Assembly: GCA_903877345.1 (NCBI GenBank)
Contig: CAIRDL010000120.1
Location: forward strand, 1 to 38,612
DNA from: an uncultured Oscillochloris sp.
GTDB taxonomy: Bacteria; Chloroflexota; Chloroflexia; Chloroflexales; Chloroflexaceae
Direction: 5' to 3'
Length of the DNA: 38,612 nucleotides
This document shows, piece after piece, positions 28,175-35,283 of this stretch (positions are counted from its first letter, which is position 1; each line of letters starts with the position of its first letter). The notes under the pieces were generated by a model. That model did no database searches and was not told the DNA's origin. It worked only from the letters and a program-made list of their open reading frames with translations. Both the position numbers and the translations under genes were made by a program.

Positions 28175-29601
28175 TGAGTGTTGTCGTCAAACAGAGCCGG
28201 GCGGTTGCCATCAATCCGACCCGGTCGTGCGCCCCGATTGGGGCCATGCTCGCCAACTACGGCATCCACGGGGCCATTACGATTAACCACGGCTCGCAAG
28301 GCTGTGCGACCTATCCGCGCCACCAGATGGCCCGCCACTTCCGCGAGCCAGTCGAGGTCGCCAGTACCTCGCTGACCGAGAAAACGACCGTCTACGGTGG
28401 TAAGGGCAACCTGTTGGCGGCGCTGAAGAACATCTGGGAGCGCTTCCACCCGACGATGATCATGGTCTGCTCGACCTGTCTTTCGGAGACCATCGGCGAC
28501 GATATTCCCGGCGTGATTGACGAGTTCCAGGAAAACCATCCTGAAATCACCATCCCGATCCTCTCGGTGAAAACGCCCTCATACATCGGCAACCACACCA
28601 CCGGCTTCGACAACTTCCTCAGGGAGATCGCCAACAATCTGCCTGACCGCAAGAAGAAGAAGGGCGAAACCAACGGCAAAATCAACATCATTCCTGGATG
28701 GGTAAATCCCGGCGACATCCGCGAGTTGAAGCACATCGTCCGCGAGATGGGTCTGCACGGCCTGTGGCTCACCGACTACTCCGAAACGCTGGATGGCGGC
28801 TACTACGAGCCGCGCCTGCACTTCGCCCGTGGCGGCACCACCGTTGAAGAACTCCGCAGTTCCGCGAAATCGTTGGCGACCGTAGCGCTCCAGCGCTTGG
28901 TTGGTGGCGAGGCGGCCCACATCTACGAACGGCGCTACGGTGTCCCTGCCCATGTGTTGACGATGCCGATTGGACTAGCGAATACCGATGCCTTTGTCGA
29001 GACCCTGACCGAGATCACCGACCACACCATCCCCGAGGCGCTCCAGGTTGAGCGGGCGCGGCTGTTGGATGCCTTGGTGGACACGCACATGTTTACCACC
29101 GGGCTGCGGGTAGGACTCTTCGGCGACCCGGATCTGTTGGAAGGACTGGTGGGCCTCGTGAGCGAAATGGGGATGACGCCCGCCTATGTGCTCACCGCTG
29201 GCGAGAACGGGCCGTGGGGCGAGCGGATGGTCGAATTGACGCAGGAGCTAGGCGTCGAGAGCGAGATCATTCTGAAGGGCGACCTGCACGAACTGCACAA
29301 GCGCATCAAAGCGAAGCCAGTTGACCTGATCATCGGCCACTCGAAGGGCAAATTCATCGCCGACGCCGAGCAGATTCCGCTCATCCGCATGGGCTTCCCG
29401 GTCGAAGATCGCTTCGGCTACCACCGGCGCTCGGTGGTGGGCTACAACGGGGCCATCGCCCTGGTAGACGAAATCACCAACGTGGTCTTCGAGCGCAAGG
29501 CGTCTTCCGTGGTGAGTAACACGCTGGTTGAGTTGGGTGTGGAGGGGCCGACCAGTTCCCCGATCATCCTAAGCAACGGGAATGGGAACGGGAAGCACTG
29601 A
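28174..29601 (+). CDS. nifK: nitrogenase molybdenum-iron protein beta chain NifK (short form without N-terminal extension)
   Basis: 475 aa. The ATG overlaps the nifD TGA (TGATG at 28172-28176), with a GAGGAGG RBS. P-cluster ligands in SCAPIGAM, HGSQGCATY and VCSTCLSETIGDD. Confidence 0.92.
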   Translation: MSVVVKQSRAVAINPTRSCAPIGAMLANYGIHGAITINHGSQGCATYPRHQMARHFREPVEVASTSLTEKTTVYGGKGNLLAALKNIWERFHPTMIMVCSTCLSETIGDDIPGVIDEFQENHPEITIPILSVKTPSYIGNHTTGFDNFLREIANNLPDRKKKKGETNGKINIIPGWVNPGDIRELKHIVREMGLHGLWLTDYSETLDGGYYEPRLHFARGGTTVEELRSSAKSLATVALQRLVGGEAAHIYERRYGVPAHVLTMPIGLANTDAFVETLTEITDHTIPEALQVERARLLDALVDTHMFTTGLRVGLFGDPDLLEGLVGLVSEMGMTPAYVLTAGENGPWGERMVELTQELGVESEIILKGDLHELHKRIKAKPVDLIIGHSKGKFIADAEQIPLIRMGFPVEDRFGYHRRSVVGYNGAIALVDEITNVVFERKASSVVSNTLVELGVEGPTSSPIILSNGNGNGKH

Positions 29602-29618
29602 GTAGTAGCCTGCATTTT

Positions 29619-29648
29619 TGTAGAGACGCAAGATATTGCGTCTCTACA
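29619..29648 (+). promoter_or_regulatory. perfect 13-bp stem-loop directly after nifK
   Basis: tgtagagacgcaa (29619-31), gata loop, ttgcgtctctaca (29636-48). No T-run follows, so this is more likely an RNA stability/processing hairpin or a repeat unit than a terminator. Confidence 0.6.
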
Positions 29649-29665
29649 TATAAACCAGGGAGGCA

Positions 29666-29884
29666 GTGATGATGGACGACGCACACGGTTACGAGGAACG
29701 ACGCGACGGCAGCGACGGCCCCCAGATCACCGCGAACGGCGACTTTCTCTGCGTCCAGCACGAGGGCCAGCCGCGCCACATCTATAAACGGGTGCCGACC
29801 GGCAGCGAGCCACACCCACTGGTGAGCCGCAAACTGCACGCTGGTGAGCTTTACAGTCTGGCCTGGATCGAAGATGACGCATAG
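29666..29884 (+). CDS. small hypothetical protein co-transcribed with nifHBDK (about 71 aa)
   Basis: AGGGAGG RBS (29655-61), 7 nt before ATG 29669 (GTG 29666 in the track). Strong GC3 bias like neighbouring genes. The only convincing terminator of the nif unit lies after it. No recognisable domain. Confidence 0.55.
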   Translation: MMMDDAHGYEERRDGSDGPQITANGDFLCVQHEGQPRHIYKRVPTGSEPHPLVSRKLHAGELYSLAWIEDDA

Positions 29885-29906
29885 CCGCTGTACCATTTTA
29901 GATAAC

Positions 29907-29925
29907 CGATAGCCGATAGCCGATA
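29907..29925. repeat. right arm of the perfect 19-bp inverted repeat bracketing the nif unit
   Basis: cgatagccgatagccgata is the exact reverse complement of 24631-24649. Confidence 0.9.
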
Positions 29926-29948
29926 CCTGGTAGTCAGAGCCTACGAGA

Positions 29949-29987
29949 CCCCGCAGCGCGACGCGCTGCGGGGCATTCATATTTATT
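29949..29987 (+). terminator. rho-independent terminator of the nif transcription unit
   Basis: ccccgcagcgcg (29949-60) / cgcgctgcgggg (29962-73), GC-rich 12-bp palindromic stem, followed by cattcatatttatt. Confidence 0.75.
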
Positions 29988-30026
29988 GGTTATGATATTC
30001 ATTCCGAAAGGATCAGTTTTTCGGGC

Positions 30027-30055
30027 TTGAAAAAGTCAAAAAGTCCAAATATACT
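30027..30055 (+). promoter_or_regulatory. strong sigma70-type promoter in an AT-rich spacer
   Basis: TTGAAA (30027-32), exactly 17 nt, TATACT (30050-55). Confidence 0.6.
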
Positions 30056-30064
30056 GAGCGAGTA

Positions 30065-30083
30065 CTTGGATCATTGATCCAAG
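30065..30083. promoter_or_regulatory. 19-bp perfect palindrome (operator-like) at the predicted transcription start
   Basis: cttggatca t tgatccaag, beginning about 10 nt after the -10 element. Confidence 0.55.
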
Positions 30084-30184
30084 ACACAAGCCGAGACTTA
30101 TTCTAAACCCTTTGGGTAAGCGAACTTAGATCGAAGCGTGAGGTAGGTCGCCTCATGCCAAACAAGTGACGAGGAGTGCTCTCG

Positions 30185-30469
30185 ATGAAGACAGCCGAGC
30201 GACAGTTCACAGCAGGGGCCAGCACGCAGGACGGGACGGCAGTGTCGTTCGAGGACATGGGGGCGGATCTCCACGCGCTGTACAGCGGCAACACCGTCGC
30301 GCTCGCCTCGCTGGCCGTGGATCTTCAGGCTCTCTACGGAAGCACGCCGCTGCCGATCAGCCAGAACACCCTGCTCGCCGAGCTGCGCGAACTGTACGGC
30401 GACGCCGAGGTAGCGTGGGCGGACTTCCGCACCGACTTCGAGGCGCTTTACACCTCGCACCCCGTCTAA
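30185..30469 (+). CDS. small acidic protein with four (D/E)(L/F)xALY repeats, unknown function
   Basis: GAGGAG RBS then ATG 30185 (MKTAERQ; track ORF starts at 30176). Repeats ADLHALYSG, VDLQALYGS, AELRELYGD and TDFEALYTS are spaced about 18-20 aa apart. GC3-rich. Own promoter and terminator. Confidence 0.6.
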   Translation: MKTAERQFTAGASTQDGTAVSFEDMGADLHALYSGNTVALASLAVDLQALYGSTPLPISQNTLLAELRELYGDAEVAWADFRTDFEALYTSHPV

Positions 30470-30499
30470 GCACGTAACCGGACCTCTGAACTTCACGCG

Positions 30500-30546
30500 C
30501 CGTTGCCGGTTGTCAGCCACCCTGACGACCGGCAGCGGTGTTTTTA
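30500..30546 (+). terminator. rho-independent terminator
   Basis: ccgttgccggt (30500-10) / accggcagcgg (30528-38), 11 bp including one G.U, followed by tgttttta. Confidence 0.75.
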
Positions 30547-30553
30547 CGCCTTA

Positions 30554-30640
30554 GACATGTTTCAAACCAGCTTGACAGTTTGGGCACATGCACCTCGTCC
30601 TGTTGCGGCAAATCTACCATCTGCAATCTGAAACATGCCT
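30554..30640 (+). repeat. dispersed intergenic repeat (GTTTCAAACCAGCTTGAC family), full copy
   Basis: gacatgtttcaaaccagcttgacagtttgggcacatgcacctcgtcctgttgcggcaaatctaccatctgcaatctgaaacatgcc. The ends are inverted: catgtttca 30556-64 / tgaaacatg 30629-37. Confidence 0.8.
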
Positions 30641-30720
30641 TGACGAGGTTCCGGGCTACTTTACAGTTTTGGCTGGCGCGCGGCTTCCTGATGCGCTCGA
30701 CCTGAGACCTGAAACCTTCC

Positions 30721-32127
30721 TTAGAGGCGTGGCCCGTGCCACGTCGGCATCAGCGCTTGCTGCACGGCCATGCCTGCCGCCAGCAGGGTCGCCTCGGCGC
30801 CGGGGGCACCGACAAGTTGCACCGCCACCGGCATGCCGCGCCCGCTGAAGCCCACAGGCACGGTCAGCCCTGGCAGTCCGGCAAGGTTCACCCACGTTTG
30901 ATAGCTGGCGGTCAGCAGATTGAGATACGACCAATGATGCGGGGGCGCGGTCGTGGGGAAGATCGGACAGACGGCCACGCCGCCTGTCCCGACGAGTTGG
31001 CGCATTTGGGCGCGCAATTCCTTGCGGCGGCGCGCACCCTTAACTCGTAGCAGCACATTGAGGGTCGGGCCGTAGTGAGTGGTGAGCCAGGAAGCCAAGG
31101 CAGGGCCACTGACGCGGGCGCGGCCCACCAAGGCGCGCAGCAGTTCGGCTCCAGGCGACCAAGCGATACCATTGCCGAAGCTCTCCGCGATGGCGTGGCG
31201 CTCGGCGCGGCCTTGTAAGACGGCCCAGGCGAGGGTGGCGAGCCGACGCCCCTCCGGTGCCCCCGCCACGGGGCGCATTCCCGCCGCCACAAGGGCAGCG
31301 GTCGCAGCCTCGACGCCCGCCATCACTGCCGGGCTACTTGGCAGCAACCCATCATCAAACCAGTGGGCCACTCGTTCGCCGCGCAGGCTGTCGGTGTCAG
31401 GTGGCTGGGGCGTTGCGCCGCGCAGCACATCCCATGCGAGGGCCAGATCTTCCACTCGACGGGCCAGCGGGCCAATTGCGTTCAGATCCGCCAAGCGCCC
31501 GTGTGAAGCTGGATAGAACCCAGCCTCGGGCAGCGCCGCACTGGTCGGGCGCAAGCCAGCGATACCGCAAAAGGCCGCCGGTAGCCTGATGCTGCCCGCG
31601 ATGTCCGAGCCCAGACCCAAGGGCGAGCCGCCGGCAGCGATGAGGGCCGCCTCGCCGCCAGTCGAGCCGCCGACGGAGCGGGTGCGCGCCCACGGATTGT
31701 TCACGCGCCCCTTCAGCAAGGTCTGGGTCTCTTGTGCCCAGCAATTATCGGGGGTGATAGTTGTGGCGACGATAATCGCCCCCGCTGCCCGCAGCCGCGC
31801 CACGGCGGTCGCGTCGGTGGTGGCGACATGACCGGCGCGACTGGTGAGCCCACAGGTGGCGGGCATCCCGGCTACGTTGAAGGCTTCTTTGATGGTTACG
31901 GGCAAACCGGCAAGCGGGCCGGGGCGCGGGTCGGCAGCCTCGCGGCGCGCCTCAGCGAAACGTTCGTCGGCCACCGCGTTAATCGTCGGGTTCACGGCCA
32001 AGATACGGGCGATATGAGCCTCGAGCACGGTACTCGCGGTGAGGTGGCCCGCACGCATGGCCGCCAAGAGTTCGGTCGCGGAACGTAAGGTGAGATTGAT
32101 CAAGTTTTTTTCCTTCACTAAAGCCAC
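30721..32127 (-). CDS. amidase (amidase-signature family, GatA-like)
   Basis: 468 aa. AS signature GGSTGGEAALIAAGGSPLGLGSDIAGSIRLPAAFCG and catalytic Lys in VTIKEAFNVAG. Confidence 0.85.
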   Translation of the reverse strand: MALVKEKNLINLTLRSATELLAAMRAGHLTASTVLEAHIARILAVNPTINAVADERFAEARREAADPRPGPLAGLPVTIKEAFNVAGMPATCGLTSRAGHVATTDATAVARLRAAGAIIVATTITPDNCWAQETQTLLKGRVNNPWARTRSVGGSTGGEAALIAAGGSPLGLGSDIAGSIRLPAAFCGIAGLRPTSAALPEAGFYPASHGRLADLNAIGPLARRVEDLALAWDVLRGATPQPPDTDSLRGERVAHWFDDGLLPSSPAVMAGVEAATAALVAAGMRPVAGAPEGRRLATLAWAVLQGRAERHAIAESFGNGIAWSPGAELLRALVGRARVSGPALASWLTTHYGPTLNVLLRVKGARRRKELRAQMRQLVGTGGVAVCPIFPTTAPPHHWSYLNLLTASYQTWVNLAGLPGLTVPVGFSGRGMPVAVQLVGAPGAEATLLAAGMAVQQALMPTWHGPRL

Positions 32128-32142
32128 AAAGAGCAGGGGGTA

Positions 32143-32215
32143 GGTTTCAATCCAGCTTTACAGTTTGGGCAGATGTACCGCGTCTTACTGCGGAAAATCT
32201 GCAATCTGCCTAAAG
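32143..32215 (+). repeat. dispersed intergenic repeat (GTTTCAAACCAGCTTGAC family)
   Basis: ggtttcaatccagctttacagtttgggcagatgtaccgcgtcttactgcggaaaatctgcaatctgcctaaagg. Confidence 0.8.
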
Positions 32216-32242
32216 GTCACAGATGCTTTCGTTGCAGCAACG

Positions 32243-33655
32243 CTACGGCGTGGCCGTCGGCCCTGGCGTTGGCGCAGTCGTGGGGGGCGGCGTAGGTGTC
32301 GGCGTCGCAGCAGGCGAAGCTGAAGGCGTTGGCGTCTCACCGGATGACGTGACTGTCGCCGTACTCTGCGCGCTCTCCGTTGGGGGCGGTAGCGTGCTCG
32401 TCGCGACGGGCAGCGCCAACGTTACTTGCACCGTGGGCGGGTCGCCTACAAGGCGGAACCCCTTGGGCAGCGTGGCTTTGACGGGCAACGTGTAGCTGCC
32501 CGCCCCCAAACCACTCACGTCAACGGTGGCAGGGAGCGGCGTCTGCGCTAGACCTGCCAGCATTTCGGTGCTGCCAGTCACCGTCAGGTTCACGAAAGGC
32601 GTGTTTGCGACCACCGTTAGTCCAGCACCCATGCCCGTGACTGTGATTTGCGCCGGAAGTTGAAGTTGGAAGGGCAACGCCAGTGGCGCGATCCGCACCG
32701 TTACGCGGACGGCGTTTGGCTCGCCGGTGCGGGGCGACGTACCTGCGGGGAAGTTGACCGTGACGACGCGGCTCAGGGTTGCGCGGGCATCGTTGAGGTC
32801 AAGCGCAGTAGTGGTCAGCACCTCAATCGTGTCGAGGGGGCCAGAACTGCCGGCCAGCGCGATCAGCGGCGGCTCGACAACCACACTGCGTACCTCGTAC
32901 CCGGCGGCGGGCAACCCAACGATAATCGGCGTCACCGGCACCAGTTTGAGGCCCACCACCGGGTTGATAGGGATTTGCACCGTCACCGTAGTGGGGTCAA
33001 GGCGCACCCCTTCAATGGTTTGGCCACCAGCATCAATCGCTTCCAGACTCAACGCCGTAAGATAGGTGGCCCGCAGTTGCTCAATATTGGCGGTAGCCTG
33101 CACCACCGTCACACGAGCGACCCGGCTTTGCGGGCCAAGCACCTGCACGGTGGTGAGCGAAACGCCAGCGCGACTCACCGTGGGTTCACCGCGCTCGAAA
33201 CTGAACGGCAAATTGCCCTGCACCTCAACCTTCACCGGAATCTGCTGCGTACTCAGTTGCTCAAGCCTAATCGTCACCGCCGCAGGTTCAAGGCCACTCG
33301 GCACCGGCTGAAACGAGACGTTGCTGCGGGTTCCCTGCACACTTACCGGAACAATATGCTCGCCTGGCCCCAAGCCCTTCAAGTCGGTTACAACGCGAAT
33401 ATCCGTCGGGCGCAGGGCGGTAAGCTGTTGGCGATCCGTGCGTAGTGTGACATTCACCGTAGGCAACGCCTGATTAGGCAATCCATTGCTATCAACAATC
33501 ACCAGACCCGCATCCAAACTGTCAGTCGTGATCATCATATCCGGGAACGTCACCGTCTCCTCAGGATTCTGGCTAAAGGAGACAAAGGCCCAAATGGCAA
33601 AGCTGAGGCTCAGAGCGAGCATGATGCGGAGGAGCGAAGCGCGGAGCGTGGTCAT
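32243..33655 (-). CDS. cdaR: YbbR-domain protein CdaR (regulator of diadenylate cyclase) with a Pro/Thr-rich C-terminal tail
   Basis: Start set at ATG 33655 (MTTLRASLLRIMLALSLSFAIWAFV, TM anchor), 7 nt after the cdaA stop. Four repeated beta-rich YbbR-like modules. Tail PTPSASPAATPTPTPPPTTAPTPGPTATP. The longer track ORF (to 33922) overlaps cdaA. Confidence 0.75.
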   Translation of the reverse strand: MTTLRASLLRIMLALSLSFAIWAFVSFSQNPEETVTFPDMMITTDSLDAGLVIVDSNGLPNQALPTVNVTLRTDRQQLTALRPTDIRVVTDLKGLGPGEHIVPVSVQGTRSNVSFQPVPSGLEPAAVTIRLEQLSTQQIPVKVEVQGNLPFSFERGEPTVSRAGVSLTTVQVLGPQSRVARVTVVQATANIEQLRATYLTALSLEAIDAGGQTIEGVRLDPTTVTVQIPINPVVGLKLVPVTPIIVGLPAAGYEVRSVVVEPPLIALAGSSGPLDTIEVLTTTALDLNDARATLSRVVTVNFPAGTSPRTGEPNAVRVTVRIAPLALPFQLQLPAQITVTGMGAGLTVVANTPFVNLTVTGSTEMLAGLAQTPLPATVDVSGLGAGSYTLPVKATLPKGFRLVGDPPTVQVTLALPVATSTLPPPTESAQSTATVTSSGETPTPSASPAATPTPTPPPTTAPTPGPTATP

Positions 33656-33662
33656 AGGCGAC

Positions 33663-34481
33663 TTACTTTCCCGCCTCGTCAAGCGGCACACGGAGCAGAT
33701 TGGCGAGCATGCCGCGCAGGCGGGTCTCGGTGAGATAGCCTGCCATGCGCCCATCTTGCACCAATGAAATCGCGCCGGTCTCTTCGGAAACGACGACGGC
33801 GAGGGCATCAGTCTGCTCGCTGATACCCTTCGCGGCGCGGTGGCGCGTACCGTAGCGGCGCGGGCCGATGACATCCTCGCTAAGCGGCAACACGACATTA
33901 GCGGCGAGGATGCGATTGTCACGCACCAGCACCGCCATATCGTGCAAGGGCGAGTTGGGGTAAAAGATATTCAGCAACAGCGGTGTCGAGATCCGGGCAT
34001 CGAGCAGCACGCCACGGTCGGCATACTCTTGAAGTTGGGTAGCGCGCTCGATCACAATGAGTGCGCCGACGCCTTGTTGCGAAAGTTGTTGGGCCGAGCG
34101 CGAAATCGTGGTAATCGTTTCGAGCAGTTCCGAGCGGTTGACGCCGATGAGGGGGCGACTGAGCAATTCGCTCGAGCGCCCGAGGCTTTCGAGGGCACGG
34201 CGCAACTCGGGCTGAAAGAGCACTGGCACGCCGACGATCAGGGCGGGGGTGATGATCGTACTGAGGAGCCAAGCCAGGGTTTGGAGCTGATTCCCAGCCA
34301 CAGTGCCGACAAAGATAGTCAGCGCCAACACAATCCCGACCCCGCGCAAGAGTTGCACCGCCCGCGTGCCACGAATGACACCGAGCAGCCAGTAGAAAAG
34401 GATGGCGACGATCAGAATATCAAGGATCGCGAAGGGTGAGGTCAGTGGGTTAAGGCGCGCCCAGAGGCGAGAAAAGTCCAT
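33663..34481 (-). CDS. cdaA: diadenylate cyclase CdaA (3 TM helices plus DAC domain)
   Basis: N-terminal TM helices. DAC motifs GALIVIE, YGTRHRAAKGISEQTDA and VVVSEETGAISL. The canonical DGA motif reads HDMAV (nt 33933-33941). Confidence 0.85.
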   Translation of the reverse strand: MDFSRLWARLNPLTSPFAILDILIVAILFYWLLGVIRGTRAVQLLRGVGIVLALTIFVGTVAGNQLQTLAWLLSTIITPALIVGVPVLFQPELRRALESLGRSSELLSRPLIGVNRSELLETITTISRSAQQLSQQGVGALIVIERATQLQEYADRGVLLDARISTPLLLNIFYPNSPLHDMAVLVRDNRILAANVVLPLSEDVIGPRRYGTRHRAAKGISEQTDALAVVVSEETGAISLVQDGRMAGYLTETRLRGMLANLLRVPLDEAGK

Positions 34482-34580
34482 TGGCGAAGCAGCCAGGCTA
34501 TGAGGATCCAGATAGTACGACCATAGATCGCCCGTACAGGGTAGCGTGGTGAAGCAGGTCTGTCAACTCAAGCCCCTAGA

Positions 34581-34661
34581 TGCGTGATCCGTGCTGCGTG
34601 ATCCGTGCTGCGTGACCGGGCCGCATCCTGACCGATCACAGGTCACGGGTCACGGGTCACG
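34581..34661. repeat. GATCACG-type palindromic intergenic element
   Basis: tgcgtgatccgtgctgcgtgatccgtgctgcgtgac / loop cgggccgcatcctgaccgatcaca / ggtcacgggtcacgggtcacg. Arms are made of 7- and 14-nt tandem units. Confidence 0.85.
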
Positions 34662-34847
34662 CTACAAGCCAAACCCCGTAGATCTACGCGCCCCCACCAC
34701 GTAATAGTTCGCCCCCCTTCACCACAGCTTTGCCGCCCCGTAATCCGTAACAGGCCGCAGTGACACCCTTCCGCCGCCGCGTTATGCTTGGAAGTGTAGA
34801 GTGCGCGTATTGGCCCATGCACATGAACTTAAGCGAGGAGATCAGCT

Positions 34848-35279
34848 ATGGGACGGGTCTTCTTGGTGGCTGCTCACCCGATGTTACGCGAGGCGCTCAT
34901 CACGTTCCTGCCCATACAGAGTTCCGGGCAACTTACCGTGGTCGGCACGGCAAGTTGGCACCCTGACGATCTGGCGGCGCTGGCGACCATCGCCCCCGAT
35001 GTGGTCGTGGTTGCTGTTGGGATCGAGGCCCGTCAGGATTTGCACGCCTTGGAGCAGATCCGCGCCCTGGCACCACACACGCCTCTAGCGGTGATCACGA
35101 CGATGCGCTGCCTCATCTGTGAGATGGCCCTGGCCCTGGAGGCTATTGACGCCTTATTGATTGCCGAACGCCTCCCCGAAGATTTGGTGCGCGTCGTCCA
35201 ACAGTTGGTCAACGCCCGTGATACAATCAGCCCATCGCCGCTCCTACAGCCGCAGGCAAATAGTGTAACCCAGGGCTGA
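34848..35279 (+). CDS. receiver-like (pseudo-receiver) domain protein
   Basis: 143 aa with a NarL-type REC layout, but the acidic pocket DD is replaced by AA (FLVAAHP) and the phospho-acceptor Asp by Ala (DVVVVAVG). GAGGAG RBS. The stop lies 4 nt before the next ATG. Confidence 0.6.
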   Translation: MGRVFLVAAHPMLREALITFLPIQSSGQLTVVGTASWHPDDLAALATIAPDVVVVAVGIEARQDLHALEQIRALAPHTPLAVITTMRCLICEMALALEAIDALLIAERLPEDLVRVVQQLVNARDTISPSPLLQPQANSVTQG

Positions 35280-35283
35280 CGAA

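Noticed and set aside
30554-30640. Possibility that the GTTTCAAACC... repeats are CRISPR repeats
   Set aside because: The copies are kilobases apart, in both orientations, individually intergenic and about 75-90 nt long. There is no regular repeat-spacer array and no cas genes in the window.
33656-33922. N-terminal extension of ORF 32243-33922 overlapping cdaA
   Set aside because: The extension is Cys/Arg/Ser-rich and out-of-frame overlaps the well-supported cdaA 3' end. ATG 33655 gives a typical CdaR membrane anchor.
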